DNA of 61,196 bases, the filler included. It is 5 parts of 5 records of this genome, joined end to end, with 100 filler letters (N's around TTAATTAATTAA, not from the genome) between each part and the next. Parts side by side here need not be neighbours in the genome. Positions count along the whole stretch, not along the records: positions 1 to 26,535 come from SRR31156797_26580; positions 26,636 to 33,055 come from SRR31156797_26627; 3 more parts are not named here. One strand, written 5' to 3'. The translations under genes were made by a program, and so were the position numbers. Below are positions 22,000 to 31,760 of the stretch, piece after piece. Numbering within the stretch: position 1 is the first letter of the stretch; each line of letters begins with the position of its first letter. Under the pieces are notes generated by a model, which saw only the letters and a program-made list of their open reading frames with translations, made no database searches and was not told the DNA's origin.

Positions 22000-22923
22000 T
22001 TAGAGGATAATCTCCTGGCCTTCTTTGGCAAAGAAAAGATTCATCTTCTCTGAGTTTTCACCTGTACAGTAGAGGTCTGTCATCTGGTCGAGGTCTGTGT
22101 CGCCTCGTTCAGGGTCATGGTGAAAGAGAGCCAGCTTTTTCACCTCTGCTCTTTTTGCAGCAGCAATTGCATCTTCAATAGGGGTGTGACCCCAGCCAAT
22201 TTTTCCGTTTTCGTATTCTTTCCTGGTATACTGCGCATCATGAACAAGAAGGTCTGCACCCCTAAAAAAGTCTTCCAGGACTTTGTTTTGCTCCTGGGCG
22301 GCGAGTTCTCCTTCGTGGGCCATGAGCTCATCATAACTCGGATCTTCGGGATCGGAGATGAATAGATTCCTGAAGGGTTCTGTATCATATGCTGTACAAA
22401 ATACAGAGTCTTTATAGGTGAATCTAAAGCCCAGGGCAGTGATTGGATGATTGATAATGGTTGTGGCAAGGGTAATACCGTCTCCCAAATCGATATTCGG
22501 GTCTTCTTTGAGACGAAGATATTCTATGTTGCCGGCAAGCTCACCCATGTTGACAGGGAAATAGCGGTATTTCATCTGCCCCCCCACCACAGCTTCAAGC
22601 GGTTCATCTTCGTACGTGACAGGGCCGTAAACTTTAATAGAAGAGCCAGGGATATAAAGTGGGACGAAAAAAGGAAATCCCATTATGTGATCCCAGTGGG
22701 TGTGGGAGAGATAAATTTCGGTAGAGATTGGACCTTTAGGAAGATCGTGCTGCATCATATGGGTGGCAAGTTCTCGGATACCTGACCCAGCGTCAATGAT
22801 TATATGGCGGTTGACTTCAGGAAAACGAAGCTCAATGCAGGCAGTGTTGCCGCCGTATTTCATGGTGTTTTCCCCGGGGCAGGGGATGGAGCCGCGGACC
22901 CCCCAAAATTTGACCTTAATCAT
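22000..22923 (-). CDS. MBL-fold metallo-hydrolase
   Basis: FWGVRGSIP, YGGNTAC, SHTHWDH, FHHDP. Confidence 0.9.
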   Translation of the reverse strand: MIKVKFWGVRGSIPCPGENTMKYGGNTACIELRFPEVNRHIIIDAGSGIRELATHMMQHDLPKGPISTEIYLSHTHWDHIMGFPFFVPLYIPGSSIKVYGPVTYEDEPLEAVVGGQMKYRYFPVNMGELAGNIEYLRLKEDPNIDLGDGITLATTIINHPITALGFRFTYKDSVFCTAYDTEPFRNLFISDPEDPSYDELMAHEGELAAQEQNKVLEDFFRGADLLVHDAQYTRKEYENGKIGWGHTPIEDAIAAAKRAEVKKLALFHHDPERGDTDLDQMTDLYCTGENSEKMNLFFAKEGQEIIL

Positions 22924-22951
22924 TGTATGTCCTAATAGGGTTCAAGTGGAT

Positions 22952-23809
22952 CTATACTTGGAGGAAGATTTCCGCCTTACTTATTTCCTGTTCAACACTT
23001 TCTGATAGGCTGGAAATGGTCTGCCAGTCGAGGCCAGTGAGCTCCAGCAAAGTAGAAAGTTGGTCAGGGTCGGGATACCGGTTGCCTGCATTGCCTATGT
23101 CAAACAAGCAGACATAAAAATCTGCAAGGGCGATAGTCGCTGTCAGTGCCTGATTTTCAGGAGCTGCATCCAGTGGCGCGTGGTGATGAGAGATAGCATC
23201 GCTCAGCGCTTCGTTTAATTTCCATTTTTCAGCGATCATTGCCCCGGTTTCCTGATGGTCGATCTCCATTAATTCCTTTTCAACATGTACCAGTGGAACC
23301 TGTTGTTGGCGGGTATAGGTAATAACTTCGCTGTATTCATCGCCAAAGGGGATTTTTCCGAGATCATGGAGCAGGCCGGCAACAAAGTATTCCTCACGTT
23401 CACCTAGGGGGACATCTCGCTCTGCGGCGAGCATTTTTGCCATTACTCCGACCCCAATGGAATGAGCCCAGAATTGTTTTATGGGAAGTGATTTGGATTT
23501 TTTTGCTTGGTCGACACTGCGTATAATGGCAGTTGACAAGGCCAGGTTCTTTACCGTATTCAGGCCGAGCATGATAATGGCTCGGGTGAGTGAGGTAACC
23601 TTATTCATCAGTGAATAATAGGCTGAATTGATCAGCTTCAATACCTGCCCGGTAAGGACCGGATCTAACGAGATGACTTTGTTCAAATCATTTGGGGCAG
23701 TGTCTGGGCGGCTGCATATTTCCAGAACTTTACTCACTGTAGTCGACAGGCTTGGCATTTTGTCGACAAAATTGCGTATTTTTTTAAGTTTATTATCCCG
23801 GTCAGTCAT
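22952..23809 (-). CDS. HDOD domain protein
   Basis: DPVLTGQVLKLINSAYY, FWAHS, GLLHDLGK. Confidence 0.92.
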   Translation of the reverse strand: MTDRDNKLKKIRNFVDKMPSLSTTVSKVLEICSRPDTAPNDLNKVISLDPVLTGQVLKLINSAYYSLMNKVTSLTRAIIMLGLNTVKNLALSTAIIRSVDQAKKSKSLPIKQFWAHSIGVGVMAKMLAAERDVPLGEREEYFVAGLLHDLGKIPFGDEYSEVITYTRQQQVPLVHVEKELMEIDHQETGAMIAEKWKLNEALSDAISHHHAPLDAAPENQALTATIALADFYVCLFDIGNAGNRYPDPDQLSTLLELTGLDWQTISSLSESVEQEISKAEIFLQV

Positions 23810-23960
23810 GGGCTTGTAATGTATGGAAAAGAGGGTAACTGGTACCGTAAATGTTCGGGGAACAGATATTTTCTGGAAACCAGTGATAATTAAAACACAC
23901 TGTTACAATAAGTGACCTGTTAGGCCTGGTCAAGCAGAGTACGCGTTTTAAGGAAAATCG

Positions 23961-24149
23961 TCAACATTCGTGCTTGATCAGAAAATCATGAATAACTTCT
24001 TCCATGATTTCAATTTGGGTGCGATCTGTCTGGTTGACAAGCATCCATACGCATCTATGGAAGGCGCGGTAAAGATGATCCGGCACAAGGAGTTTTATTT
24101 CCTTGAGGACTTGATCGGTGGGGAGGGGATTTTGTTTGCTATTTGTCAT
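23961..24149 (-). CDS. Small hypothetical protein, possibly ribbon-helix-helix-like
   Basis: 62 aa, overlaps the hisA stop in operon orientation. Confidence 0.55.
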   Translation of the reverse strand: MTNSKQNPLPTDQVLKEIKLLVPDHLYRAFHRCVWMLVNQTDRTQIEIMEEVIHDFLIKHEC

Positions 24150-24906
24150 GATTGAACAGATTTACAAGCTCCCTGTAGCCTATTCCGTTACCGCCGAAGA
24201 TATCCAGGGCCGAGCCAACTGTTACGTCAATCTTTCCACTGCCTGCTAAGCGTATCAGGTCGATATCATCCATGGTGGTGATGCCGCCTGCGTAGGTGGT
24301 AGGGATAGGGGTGCTTTGAGCAAGAATTTCTACCAGTTTCTTATCTATTCCCATGCTTTTTCCTTCCACATCCACTGCGTGGATAAGAAATTCGTCACAG
24401 AAGCCAGCAAGTTCTTCAAGGACTTGGGAACTAATTTTCAGGGTTGTATAGTTCTGCCACCGATCGGTTACAACATAATAGCCATCATTAAGCCAGCGGC
24501 AGCTAAGGTCGAGGACTAGCCGCTTCCGGCCGACTTTTTTTATCAGTAGGTCGAGTCGCTCTTTGTCCAGTTTCCCGTTATGGAAAACCCAGGAAGTGAT
24601 AATGATGTGCGAAGCACCATAGTCTAGCCATTCGCAGGCATTGTCGTTGTTTATTCCGCCGCCAATCTGTAGGCCGCCTGGCCAAGTTTGCAATGCTTCC
24701 TGAGCAGCAGACTCGCTGCCTGGACCTAACATGATAACATGGCCACCCGCAAGGCCGTCGTTTCTATACATCGACGCATAGTGTGACGGTGAATGGGGGG
24801 AAGAAAAATTGACAGTGGGCGAGGTGTTACCTCGGTCACTGAGGGTGGAACCGACAATTTGTTTGACCTTGCCTTGGTGCAGGTCGATACAGGGTCGAAA
24901 ACGCAT
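24139..24906 (-). CDS. hisA: ProFAR isomerase, eukaryotic His6-type
   Basis: MRFRPCIDLHQGKVKQIVG, GGHVIMLG, VLDLSCR, HAVDVEG, VGSALDIFGG. Confidence 0.9.
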   Translation of the reverse strand: MRFRPCIDLHQGKVKQIVGSTLSDRGNTSPTVNFSSPHSPSHYASMYRNDGLAGGHVIMLGPGSESAAQEALQTWPGGLQIGGGINNDNACEWLDYGASHIIITSWVFHNGKLDKERLDLLIKKVGRKRLVLDLSCRWLNDGYYVVTDRWQNYTTLKISSQVLEELAGFCDEFLIHAVDVEGKSMGIDKKLVEILAQSTPIPTTYAGGITTMDDIDLIRLAGSGKIDVTVGSALDIFGGNGIGYRELVNLFNHDK

Positions 24907-24919
24907 TGGATAGGAAGAT

Positions 24920-24950
24920 AAAAAAAGGCTGCCGTTTCAGGCAGCCTTTT
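24920..24950 (-). terminator. Intrinsic terminator
   Basis: AAAAAAGGCTGCC-GTTTCA-GGCAGCCTTTT. Confidence 0.75.
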
Positions 24951-24959
24951 AAAGGGTGA

Positions 24960-25655
24960 TTAAAGCTCTTTAACCATCATAGTTGTTGGGTCAAGGCGTA
25001 ACCCTTTCCCCGTTTCAACCACTTCTCCACTGTTGCGGATGATCTCCAGCAGGATGGTTGCATCAGCCTCCGGTTTGAGAAGAATGATTGTGTCGAACAT
25101 GTCGTCTATTTCGTGACACGGAGCAGGTACGCCCGTGGGTGAAAAGCGCTCATCATTGCGATGGCTGATTGCTGAAAACCATGCCTGCAGATTTGTGTTT
25201 TCAGCCAAATCCTTGATATCTTCGAGAACCTGTCGCTCAGTGTTGACAAAATCAAAACCATCGATGACCAGGCAATTTGGCTTGAAAATATCTTGGAGAA
25301 CCAGATCGTTGACCCGTTCTTCGAGCTTGGGTCTGCTGAACGCAGATTCGTTGAAGGTCATGATCATCCTGTTCTTGGAGACGATTTCCATCAATTCGTT
25401 TGCGTTGTCGATTTTTTGCTCTTCGATGATGACTTTTAAAATATCGTCATACCAAAGTCTCGTTTTGTCAATTGTTTCGCCGATAGTTACATGGAGAACT
25501 TTTTCACCACGCAGTATGGCATCTAGTGCAATTTGGACCAGAAGTGCTGTCTTGCCCAGGCCTGCACGGGCCATTACCAGGCCCAATTGGTTTCGTTCCT
25601 CGCCCATGCTGAGCGCGTGCAGCGGGTTCTGGCCTGCCAGTTGTTCGTATCCCAT
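24960..25655 (-). CDS. RecA/KaiC-fold P-loop protein downstream of fusA
   Basis: Walker A ARAGLGKT and Walker B-like LVIDG. Confidence 0.75.
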   Translation of the reverse strand: MGYEQLAGQNPLHALSMGEERNQLGLVMARAGLGKTALLVQIALDAILRGEKVLHVTIGETIDKTRLWYDDILKVIIEEQKIDNANELMEIVSKNRMIMTFNESAFSRPKLEERVNDLVLQDIFKPNCLVIDGFDFVNTERQVLEDIKDLAENTNLQAWFSAISHRNDERFSPTGVPAPCHEIDDMFDTIILLKPEADATILLEIIRNSGEVVETGKGLRLDPTTMMVKEL

Positions 25656-25712
25656 TATTTTACCTCACCAAGGTTATAGTATTGCATGATTAGATCACAG
25701 TACCCATCAAGG

Positions 25713-26535
25713 TTACGAATCTTTTTTCTGTTCTTCAAATGCTTTGATTAAATCATCACTGATGCTCTTTGGCACCTGCTTATAGGTCGAGAATTCCATT
25801 GTGAATTCTGCCTTACCCTGGGTAAGAGAGCGTAGGGTGGTTGAGTAGCCGAACATTTCAGAGAGCGGAAGCTCTGCTTCGACCACAGTGTAGTTCCCTT
25901 CCTCAAACGTACCGATGATCACACCCCGACGCTGGTTAAGGCTACCCATAACTGCGCCCTGGAATTCTGACGGACCTTCGACAGCCACTTTCATGATGGG
26001 TTCCATGATAACAGGGTTAGCCTTGGCGTAACCTTGTTTGAAACCACCGATGGACGCCATCTGGAAGGCAACATCAGAAGAGTCGACCGCATGAAAACTA
26101 CCGTCATTGATAACCGCTTTGATTCCGGTAATTGGGGACCCTGTTAATGTACCCTTAGCGAGTGATTTTTTAAAGCCTTTATCACAGGAGCTGATAAATT
26201 CTCGGGGAATAACACCACCGACAATGTCGTCAACGAATTCGTAGTCGCTTTCTTCAATGGGCTCGAGGTAACCTGCAACTCGACCAAACTGACCGGAGCC
26301 ACCGGTCTGCTTTTTGTGGGTGTAGTCGAATTCCGCCCGTTGGAGAATGGTCTCTCTGTAGGCTACCTGCGGCGCACCTACCTCTACTTCGGCCTGATAC
26401 TCGCGCTTCATGCGCTCGATGTAGACCTCGAGATGAAGCTCACCCATTCCAGAAACAATCGTTTCATTTGTTTCGTGGTCAACATAGGTCTTGAAAGTAG
26501 GGTCCTCTTTTGTGAACCGGTTGAGGGCCTTGGAC
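25713..26535 (-). CDS. fusA: Elongation factor G, 3' part, truncated by contig end
   Basis: [50 protein letters not shown]. Confidence 0.97.
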
Positions 26536-26635
26536 NNNNNNNNNNNNNNNNNNNNNNNNNNNNNNNNNNNNNNNNNNNNTTAATTAATTAANNNNNNNNN
26601 NNNNNNNNNNNNNNNNNNNNNNNNNNNNNNNNNNN
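26536..26635. other. Artificial contig linker
   Basis: N-run + TTAATTAATTAA (stops in six frames) + N-run. Confidence 0.98.
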
Positions 26636-26675
26636 CGGCATGGGTGGCATGGGTGGCATGGGCGGCATGTACTAA
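26636..26675 (+). CDS. groL: C-terminal tail of chaperonin GroEL
   Basis: Translates GMGGMGGMGGMY* followed by a terminator. Confidence 0.85.
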
Positions 26676-26709
26676 GCCAGCCTTTCCATCCGGCTCACAA
26701 AGCCAATTA

Positions 26710-26750
26710 AAAATCCCCGGCAGCCATAAGGTTGCCGGGGATTTTCTTTT
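26710..26750. terminator. Bidirectional terminator between groEL and lipA
   Basis: AAAATCCCCGGCAGCC-ATAA-GGTTGCCGGGGATTTT. Confidence 0.85.
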
Positions 26751-26776
26751 GCTCTCTATTTAGGAGGTAATGAGAA

Positions 26777-27652
26777 CTATTTATTCAGCCCCGCAAAAAG
26801 GGCCGCATTGTAGGAGGAACGTACAAAGGGCGCACTGTACATATGCTGAACGCCTTTCTCTTTGCCATAGCAGGCATACTCTTCAAAAACATCAGGATGG
26901 ACATAGCGAAGCACTTCGGGATGCTTAAGTGAAGGTCGCATGTACTGCCCGATGGTCACAATGTCACAACCGATGTTCGCAAGGTCGTCGATCACCCCTT
27001 GCACTTCCTCATCATTTTCACCCAACCCGACCATGAGCCCGGACTTGGCAACGGCCCCGGCAGACTTGACGCGCTCAATTAGCTCAAGACTCTGCTTGTA
27101 ATCAGCCTGCGGCCGGATATCCTTGTAATGAATAGGAGGAGTTTCCACATTGTGGTTGATGATATCCGGGTGGGCTTCAATGACCAAATTCAACGCATTT
27201 TCATCACCCTGAAAATCGGGAATAAGCACTTCAATCGATGATTCAGGTAACTGCCCGCGAACAGCACGGATGGTGGCTGAAAAATGAGCAGCACCGCCGT
27301 CAGCAAGATCATCACGGGTGACCGAGGTAATGACCACATGCTTAAGCCCCAGACGCTTGGCAGCTTCAGCGACCCGGGACGGTTCCGTAAGTTCAAGGGG
27401 CCGAATATCACCGCTCTCAATGTTGCAAAATGCACAGTTGCGGGTGCAGGTGTCACCCATAATCAGGAAAGTCGCCGTGTATTCTGAAAAACATTCAAAC
27501 ATATTTGGACACTTGGCACTCTGGCAAACGGTGTTCAAACTGAGATCTTTGATCAGTTCCCGGGTAGCGCTATAGGTCTTGTTACAAGGAATCTTGACCC
27601 GGAGCCACGGCGGAATGCGCAGATATGCTTTGGAAGGATCTTTGGAACACAT
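26777..27652 (-). CDS. lipA: Lipoyl synthase
   Basis: CQSAKCPNMFEC and CTRNCAFC clusters, HNVET, RSSY; GGAGG RBS before ATG 27652. Confidence 0.96.
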   Translation of the reverse strand: MCSKDPSKAYLRIPPWLRVKIPCNKTYSATRELIKDLSLNTVCQSAKCPNMFECFSEYTATFLIMGDTCTRNCAFCNIESGDIRPLELTEPSRVAEAAKRLGLKHVVITSVTRDDLADGGAAHFSATIRAVRGQLPESSIEVLIPDFQGDENALNLVIEAHPDIINHNVETPPIHYKDIRPQADYKQSLELIERVKSAGAVAKSGLMVGLGENDEEVQGVIDDLANIGCDIVTIGQYMRPSLKHPEVLRYVHPDVFEEYACYGKEKGVQHMYSAPFVRSSYNAALFAGLNK

Positions 27653-27764
27653 AAGGCTGCCTCCTGATATTTTTAGAGCGGCCCGCACAATTGCAGGCCG
27701 CTCTTAGGTATAAGCTCCGTCAAAGGAGTGGAATATCCCGGATATGAGGTCCGGAACAATTGGC

Positions 27765-28154
27765 TTACTTGATTTTTGCTTCGTAATCTTCGTTGTTCAG
27801 CAACTGGCTCTTGTCAGCGTCACCGTCGAGAGTGATGCGCAGCATCCAACCTTCTTTGTAAGGAGAGGTATTTACATCTTCAGGCGCATCTTCAAGTCCT
27901 TCATTAATCTCCTCAACAGTGCCGGCAATGGGCATGTACAGGCTGCTCACAGCCTTGATGGACTCAACTGTACCGAACTCTTCACCAGCGTCAAAATGAT
28001 CACCTGCGGAAGGAAGGTCAACAAAGGCAACTTCGCCGAGCTGATCCTGAGCAAAGTCAGTGATGCCGACAACTGCGGTGTTGTCATCATTGATAAGAAC
28101 CCAAGTATGCTCGGAATGGTAAAGAACGTCTGCGGGAAAGGTAAGTTCACTCAT
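27765..28154 (-). CDS. gcvH: Glycine-cleavage H-like lipoyl carrier protein
   Basis: HTWV, GITDFAQDQLG, VESIKA (lipoyl-Lys), SPYKEGW. Confidence 0.95.
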   Translation of the reverse strand: MSELTFPADVLYHSEHTWVLINDDNTAVVGITDFAQDQLGEVAFVDLPSAGDHFDAGEEFGTVESIKAVSSLYMPIAGTVEEINEGLEDAPEDVNTSPYKEGWMLRITLDGDADKSQLLNNEDYEAKIK

Positions 28155-28198
28155 GATTATCTCCAAAAAGTTTATTGTTCTGAAAAATTAAACCGGAA

Positions 28199-29623
28199 TC
28201 AGCAGCCGCGAAGCCATGCTTCACAACACTCATAAAGACCTTCAGCAAGCGTCGGGTGGGCGTGGATGGTATGGGCCACATCAGCAGCAGTAAGCCCCTT
28301 TTTAATAGCAAGGGCAGCTTCAGCAATGAGGTCGGTAGCATGAGCTCCGGCAATGTGAGCACCAAGGATCTTGCCACTTTCTTTTTCGCAGATGATCTTG
28401 AACATGCCTGCGAGTTCGCCCATTGCCTGAGCCTTACCCAGCTCGCGGAACTGGAAGACCTGTGAACGGACTTCAATACCCTTGGCATTTGCTTCTTCCT
28501 CGGAAAGCCCCACGGTTCCGATCTCAGGGGAGGTGAATATTCCGGAAGGAATCACAGAATAATCAAGGGAACGCTCTTTATCGAGACAGTTGTCCACAGC
28601 ACAAAGTCCCTCGGCAGAAGCAACATGGGCCAGCATCACCCGGGAAGGTCCGAGAATATCACCGATAGCGTAGATTCCTTCAGCGGAAGTGCGCATGTTC
28701 TGATCTGCTTTGATCCAGCCGCGTTCATCGGTCTCAACCCCGGCTTCAGCCAGCTTCAAACCATCTGTGTTAGGGGTACGCCCAACAGCAACCAGCACCA
28801 CGTCGGCTTCAATGGTAGTGTCGTCGCCTTTTGCGTTTTCAACAAAAGGAGAAGGCCCGAGTACGCACTGAACTTTACCATCCACAACTTCAGCGCTCTT
28901 CACAGTCTTGGCCAGCTGCACCTTAATGCGGTGTTTCTTGGCTTCACGCTGCAGGAGCTTGCTCATGTCCTTATCCACAGAGGGAACAGGCAGAAGGCGG
29001 TCCATGCCTTCAACGATGGTCACTTCAGAACCGAAAGCACGGTAGATGAAGGCCAGTTCACAACCGATTACTCCACCACCGACAATAACCATTTTTGCAG
29101 GGACATAATCCAGATCAAGAGCATCTTCACTATTGATGATATGCTTGTGGTCCACAGGAAGGGAAGGTAGATTGAGAATGCTGGAACCGGTAGCGATGAT
29201 AACTTTGTCGCTCTTGATTTCCTCGATGCCCTCTTCAGTGTGGACGAGAACTATACGTTCAGCTGCCAACTCAGCAGAACCTCGCACAACACGGATATTC
29301 AAAGAGGAACAGGTCTTCTCAAGACCGCCGCAAAGCACCTTGCGGACCCTTTCCTTGCGGGCCACAACAGCTTCCATATCAGCCTTGAAGCTTACACCCG
29401 CTTCCCCGCTCTCAACTGCAATACCGAATGTATTGAGACTTCCTGCAGTCTCAAGGGCTTCTGCAGAAGATTTGAGGGTCTTGGTGGGAATGCAACCGGT
29501 ATTCAGGCAGGTTCCCCCAATATCCGCTTTTTCAACCAGAGTAACTTCAACTCCCCGGCGGGCAGCTTCAAAAGCAGCGATATGACCGCCAGGACCTGAT
29601 CCTATTATGGTAATGGATGACAT
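28199..29623 (-). CDS. lpdA: Dihydrolipoamide dehydrogenase
   Basis: GSGPGG, GGTCLNTGCIPTK, GGGVIGCE, HAHPTLAE. Confidence 0.95.
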   Translation of the reverse strand: MSSITIIGSGPGGHIAAFEAARRGVEVTLVEKADIGGTCLNTGCIPTKTLKSSAEALETAGSLNTFGIAVESGEAGVSFKADMEAVVARKERVRKVLCGGLEKTCSSLNIRVVRGSAELAAERIVLVHTEEGIEEIKSDKVIIATGSSILNLPSLPVDHKHIINSEDALDLDYVPAKMVIVGGGVIGCELAFIYRAFGSEVTIVEGMDRLLPVPSVDKDMSKLLQREAKKHRIKVQLAKTVKSAEVVDGKVQCVLGPSPFVENAKGDDTTIEADVVLVAVGRTPNTDGLKLAEAGVETDERGWIKADQNMRTSAEGIYAIGDILGPSRVMLAHVASAEGLCAVDNCLDKERSLDYSVIPSGIFTSPEIGTVGLSEEEANAKGIEVRSQVFQFRELGKAQAMGELAGMFKIICEKESGKILGAHIAGAHATDLIAEAALAIKKGLTAADVAHTIHAHPTLAEGLYECCEAWLRGC

Positions 29624-29647
29624 GCTTAGCTCCTGTTGTGAAAATTA

Positions 29648-30076
29648 TTACAATTCTTCGAGATGAAGGTTGTAGGTCATGGGGAATGCTTCATGGAGGG
29701 AAGCGGTGACCAGACAGCCCTTACGCATAATTTTTTCAACACGATCAAAAATAAAACCGTAATCCTCATCCATGTGAACGGTCACATCGAGAGTGATACC
29801 GGTAACACGAGCACGCTTCTTTTCATCCACACCGGTTTCGAGGGTAGCGGTTCCGGTAATGCGTTCGTATTCTGCTCCACGGGTCTGCAGAGCTTTCCCC
29901 AGAGCACCGCAGAAGCAGTACAGAGCGGAAGAAGCAAGCAGCTGCTTAGCTGTGCCGCCACGCTGATCTTCCGGAATGCCATTGTGATCGATAACGATTT
30001 CACCGAGAACCTTGGAATTTGTATCTATAACCTGCTTATCGCCTGCGCGATCATATGAAACAGTGAGTTGAGCCAT
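29648..30076 (-). CDS. OsmC/Ohr-like family protein
   Basis: 142 aa; QLLASSALYCFCG helix and second Cys in KGCLVTASL match the two-Cys OsmC layout. Confidence 0.75.
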   Translation of the reverse strand: MAQLTVSYDRAGDKQVIDTNSKVLGEIVIDHNGIPEDQRGGTAKQLLASSALYCFCGALGKALQTRGAEYERITGTATLETGVDEKKRARVTGITLDVTVHMDEDYGFIFDRVEKIMRKGCLVTASLHEAFPMTYNLHLEEL

Positions 30077-30126
30077 TTTATATTCTCCTTTGTGATTTTT
30101 CAGACAAACTTATTTGTCGCCCCAGA

Positions 30127-30143
30127 AGCTCTATTCGTGCCAA
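30127..30143 (-). promoter_or_regulatory. Sigma-54 (-24/-12) promoter of the osmC-lpdA-gcvH-lipA operon
   Basis: Minus strand TTGGCACGAATAGAGCT: TGGCACG with exact GG-N10-GC spacing, about 50 bp before the ATG. Confidence 0.75.
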
Positions 30144-30228
30144 CACAAACAATCCACATGTTTTCAGGTAGTTACAAAAAGAAAATCATCCTTTACTACA
30201 GAAAACGCAGCTACAGCCACTCCATTTA

Positions 30229-30410
30229 CGACAAATATGTCGCATTGATTCATCAAACAATCTGACTATTGCCTTAAATTCAACAACATCTCGAAAACGA
30301 CAATTATGTCGTGCGTCAACGTATAAATTCTGTATTTTTTCCTTTCCCCCTGTAAAACCGCAATCTATACTATCAAAGTATACTTTCTAGACACAGTGAC
30401 ACATTTGTCG
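30229..30410. promoter_or_regulatory. Three palindromic sites, putative enhancer-binding-protein UAS
   Basis: CGACAAATATGTCG (30229-30242), CGACAATTATGTCG (30298-30311), TGACACATTTGTCG (30397-30410). Confidence 0.65.
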
Positions 30411-30440
30411 CTCAAGATAGTTTAATAAGAATTTATAAAT

Positions 30441-30463
30441 AAAAAAGGCCGCATAAGCGGCCT
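30441..30463 (-). terminator. Intrinsic terminator after the TPR gene
   Basis: Minus strand AGGCCGC-TTAT-GCGGCCTTTTTT. Confidence 0.75.
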
Positions 30464-30494
30464 CATAAAAAACTGGGATCAAAATAAGTTTATC

Positions 30495-31487
30495 TTAAAA
30501 ATCGAGCTTGATTGCTTTGGAAGCTGCAGGCTTTTTGGCAGGAGCTTTCTTCTTGCCAGCCTTCTCTTTTTTACCACCTGAAGAACCACCATCGAGATTA
30601 AATGACATACTCTCTTTTTTTCCTTTGCCACCACCGGCAGGCGACTTTGATTTCATATCACTGGCAGTAGCTCCAGGAGTGTAACCGCGTCCAAAAATTT
30701 TGGGACCCAACTTATCTGAAATTTTCTTGGCCTCGCGATTAAGGGGATTCGCTTTGAGCGCAGCGGCAGCAGCATCGTAAGCTTCTGTATACATACGCTT
30801 GGCAAGAAACAGTTTGGCCTGACGGATATAAATACTTTCATTAGCACCGAAACGGCGCACAATATCCTTAATGACGGCAAGAGCCTTATCCTGCTCAGTC
30901 ATCATTTCATAAGCCAAGAGAAGCGAAATATAAGGCCTACTGTCAGAAGGTGTCTTCTCAATTGCCCGTTCAAGATATTCTACGCCATCAGCAGGAAAAC
31001 CGGATTTAACAAGCCTGCTACCAACATCCTGCAGCAATCCCCTTTCCTCTGGAAAAGCCTCGGTAATTTTGCGGAAATACTTTTTGGCTTCCTTGACGTT
31101 CTTTTCCATTAAAAACTTCTGACCGGCCAATATAAATTTATCAATCTGATTTTTCTGTTTGCGGACCTTCTCAACAGCAGCCTTTTCAAGAGCATTTTTG
31201 ATGGTATTATGAATTTTCATCAACAAGGCAGCCTGTTTTTTCTCCTGCCCTTTGACATATTTCAAACCACGGGGCAAAACACGCTTGAGTTCTTCCATAG
31301 CCATAAGCTGCCGGAAGACCTCATCAATGAGAATCCCAATTTCAAATTTCTCACGCCCGAAAACCTGACTTGATGCAAGCTCATCAAGGGACAGGCTTAG
31401 CGCATGTAAACAACGCATGTAATCCTTCCGTTGTCCGTAGGACTTTGCACGGGCAATATTTTCTTTAATGCTCTTTGGCGAACTCAT
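30495..31487 (-). CDS. Tetratricopeptide-repeat protein with Lys-rich tail
   Basis: Helical TPR-like repeats (GVEYLERAIEKTP, AAALKANP). Confidence 0.75.
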   Translation of the reverse strand: MSSPKSIKENIARAKSYGQRKDYMRCLHALSLSLDELASSQVFGREKFEIGILIDEVFRQLMAMEELKRVLPRGLKYVKGQEKKQAALLMKIHNTIKNALEKAAVEKVRKQKNQIDKFILAGQKFLMEKNVKEAKKYFRKITEAFPEERGLLQDVGSRLVKSGFPADGVEYLERAIEKTPSDSRPYISLLLAYEMMTEQDKALAVIKDIVRRFGANESIYIRQAKLFLAKRMYTEAYDAAAAALKANPLNREAKKISDKLGPKIFGRGYTPGATASDMKSKSPAGGGKGKKESMSFNLDGGSSGGKKEKAGKKKAPAKKPAASKAIKLDF

Positions 31488-31760
31488 TCAGTAAAACTCC
31501 CTCTCGAACCATCCTCTGCAAAAAATAGCACAGATCCGACGAACATAAAAAACTAATTTCTTAATTTTAATATATAATTGTTGACTCTATACCATTTATT
31601 GTCAAGCTCAGAGCATTTTTTGAATTTGCCGGTAAATTATATCCTTGGAAGCCTGCATTGACGAGGTTAAGCCCAAGAGGTAGTTATACGCCGTACCATG
31701 TTAACGACCCCGCTATCCTAGCGTTACCCAATTTCAACAATTCAAAAACACGACATTTAA

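Noticed and set aside
26637-26670. GGCATGGGT tandem repeat
   Set aside because: It encodes the GGM tail of GroEL.
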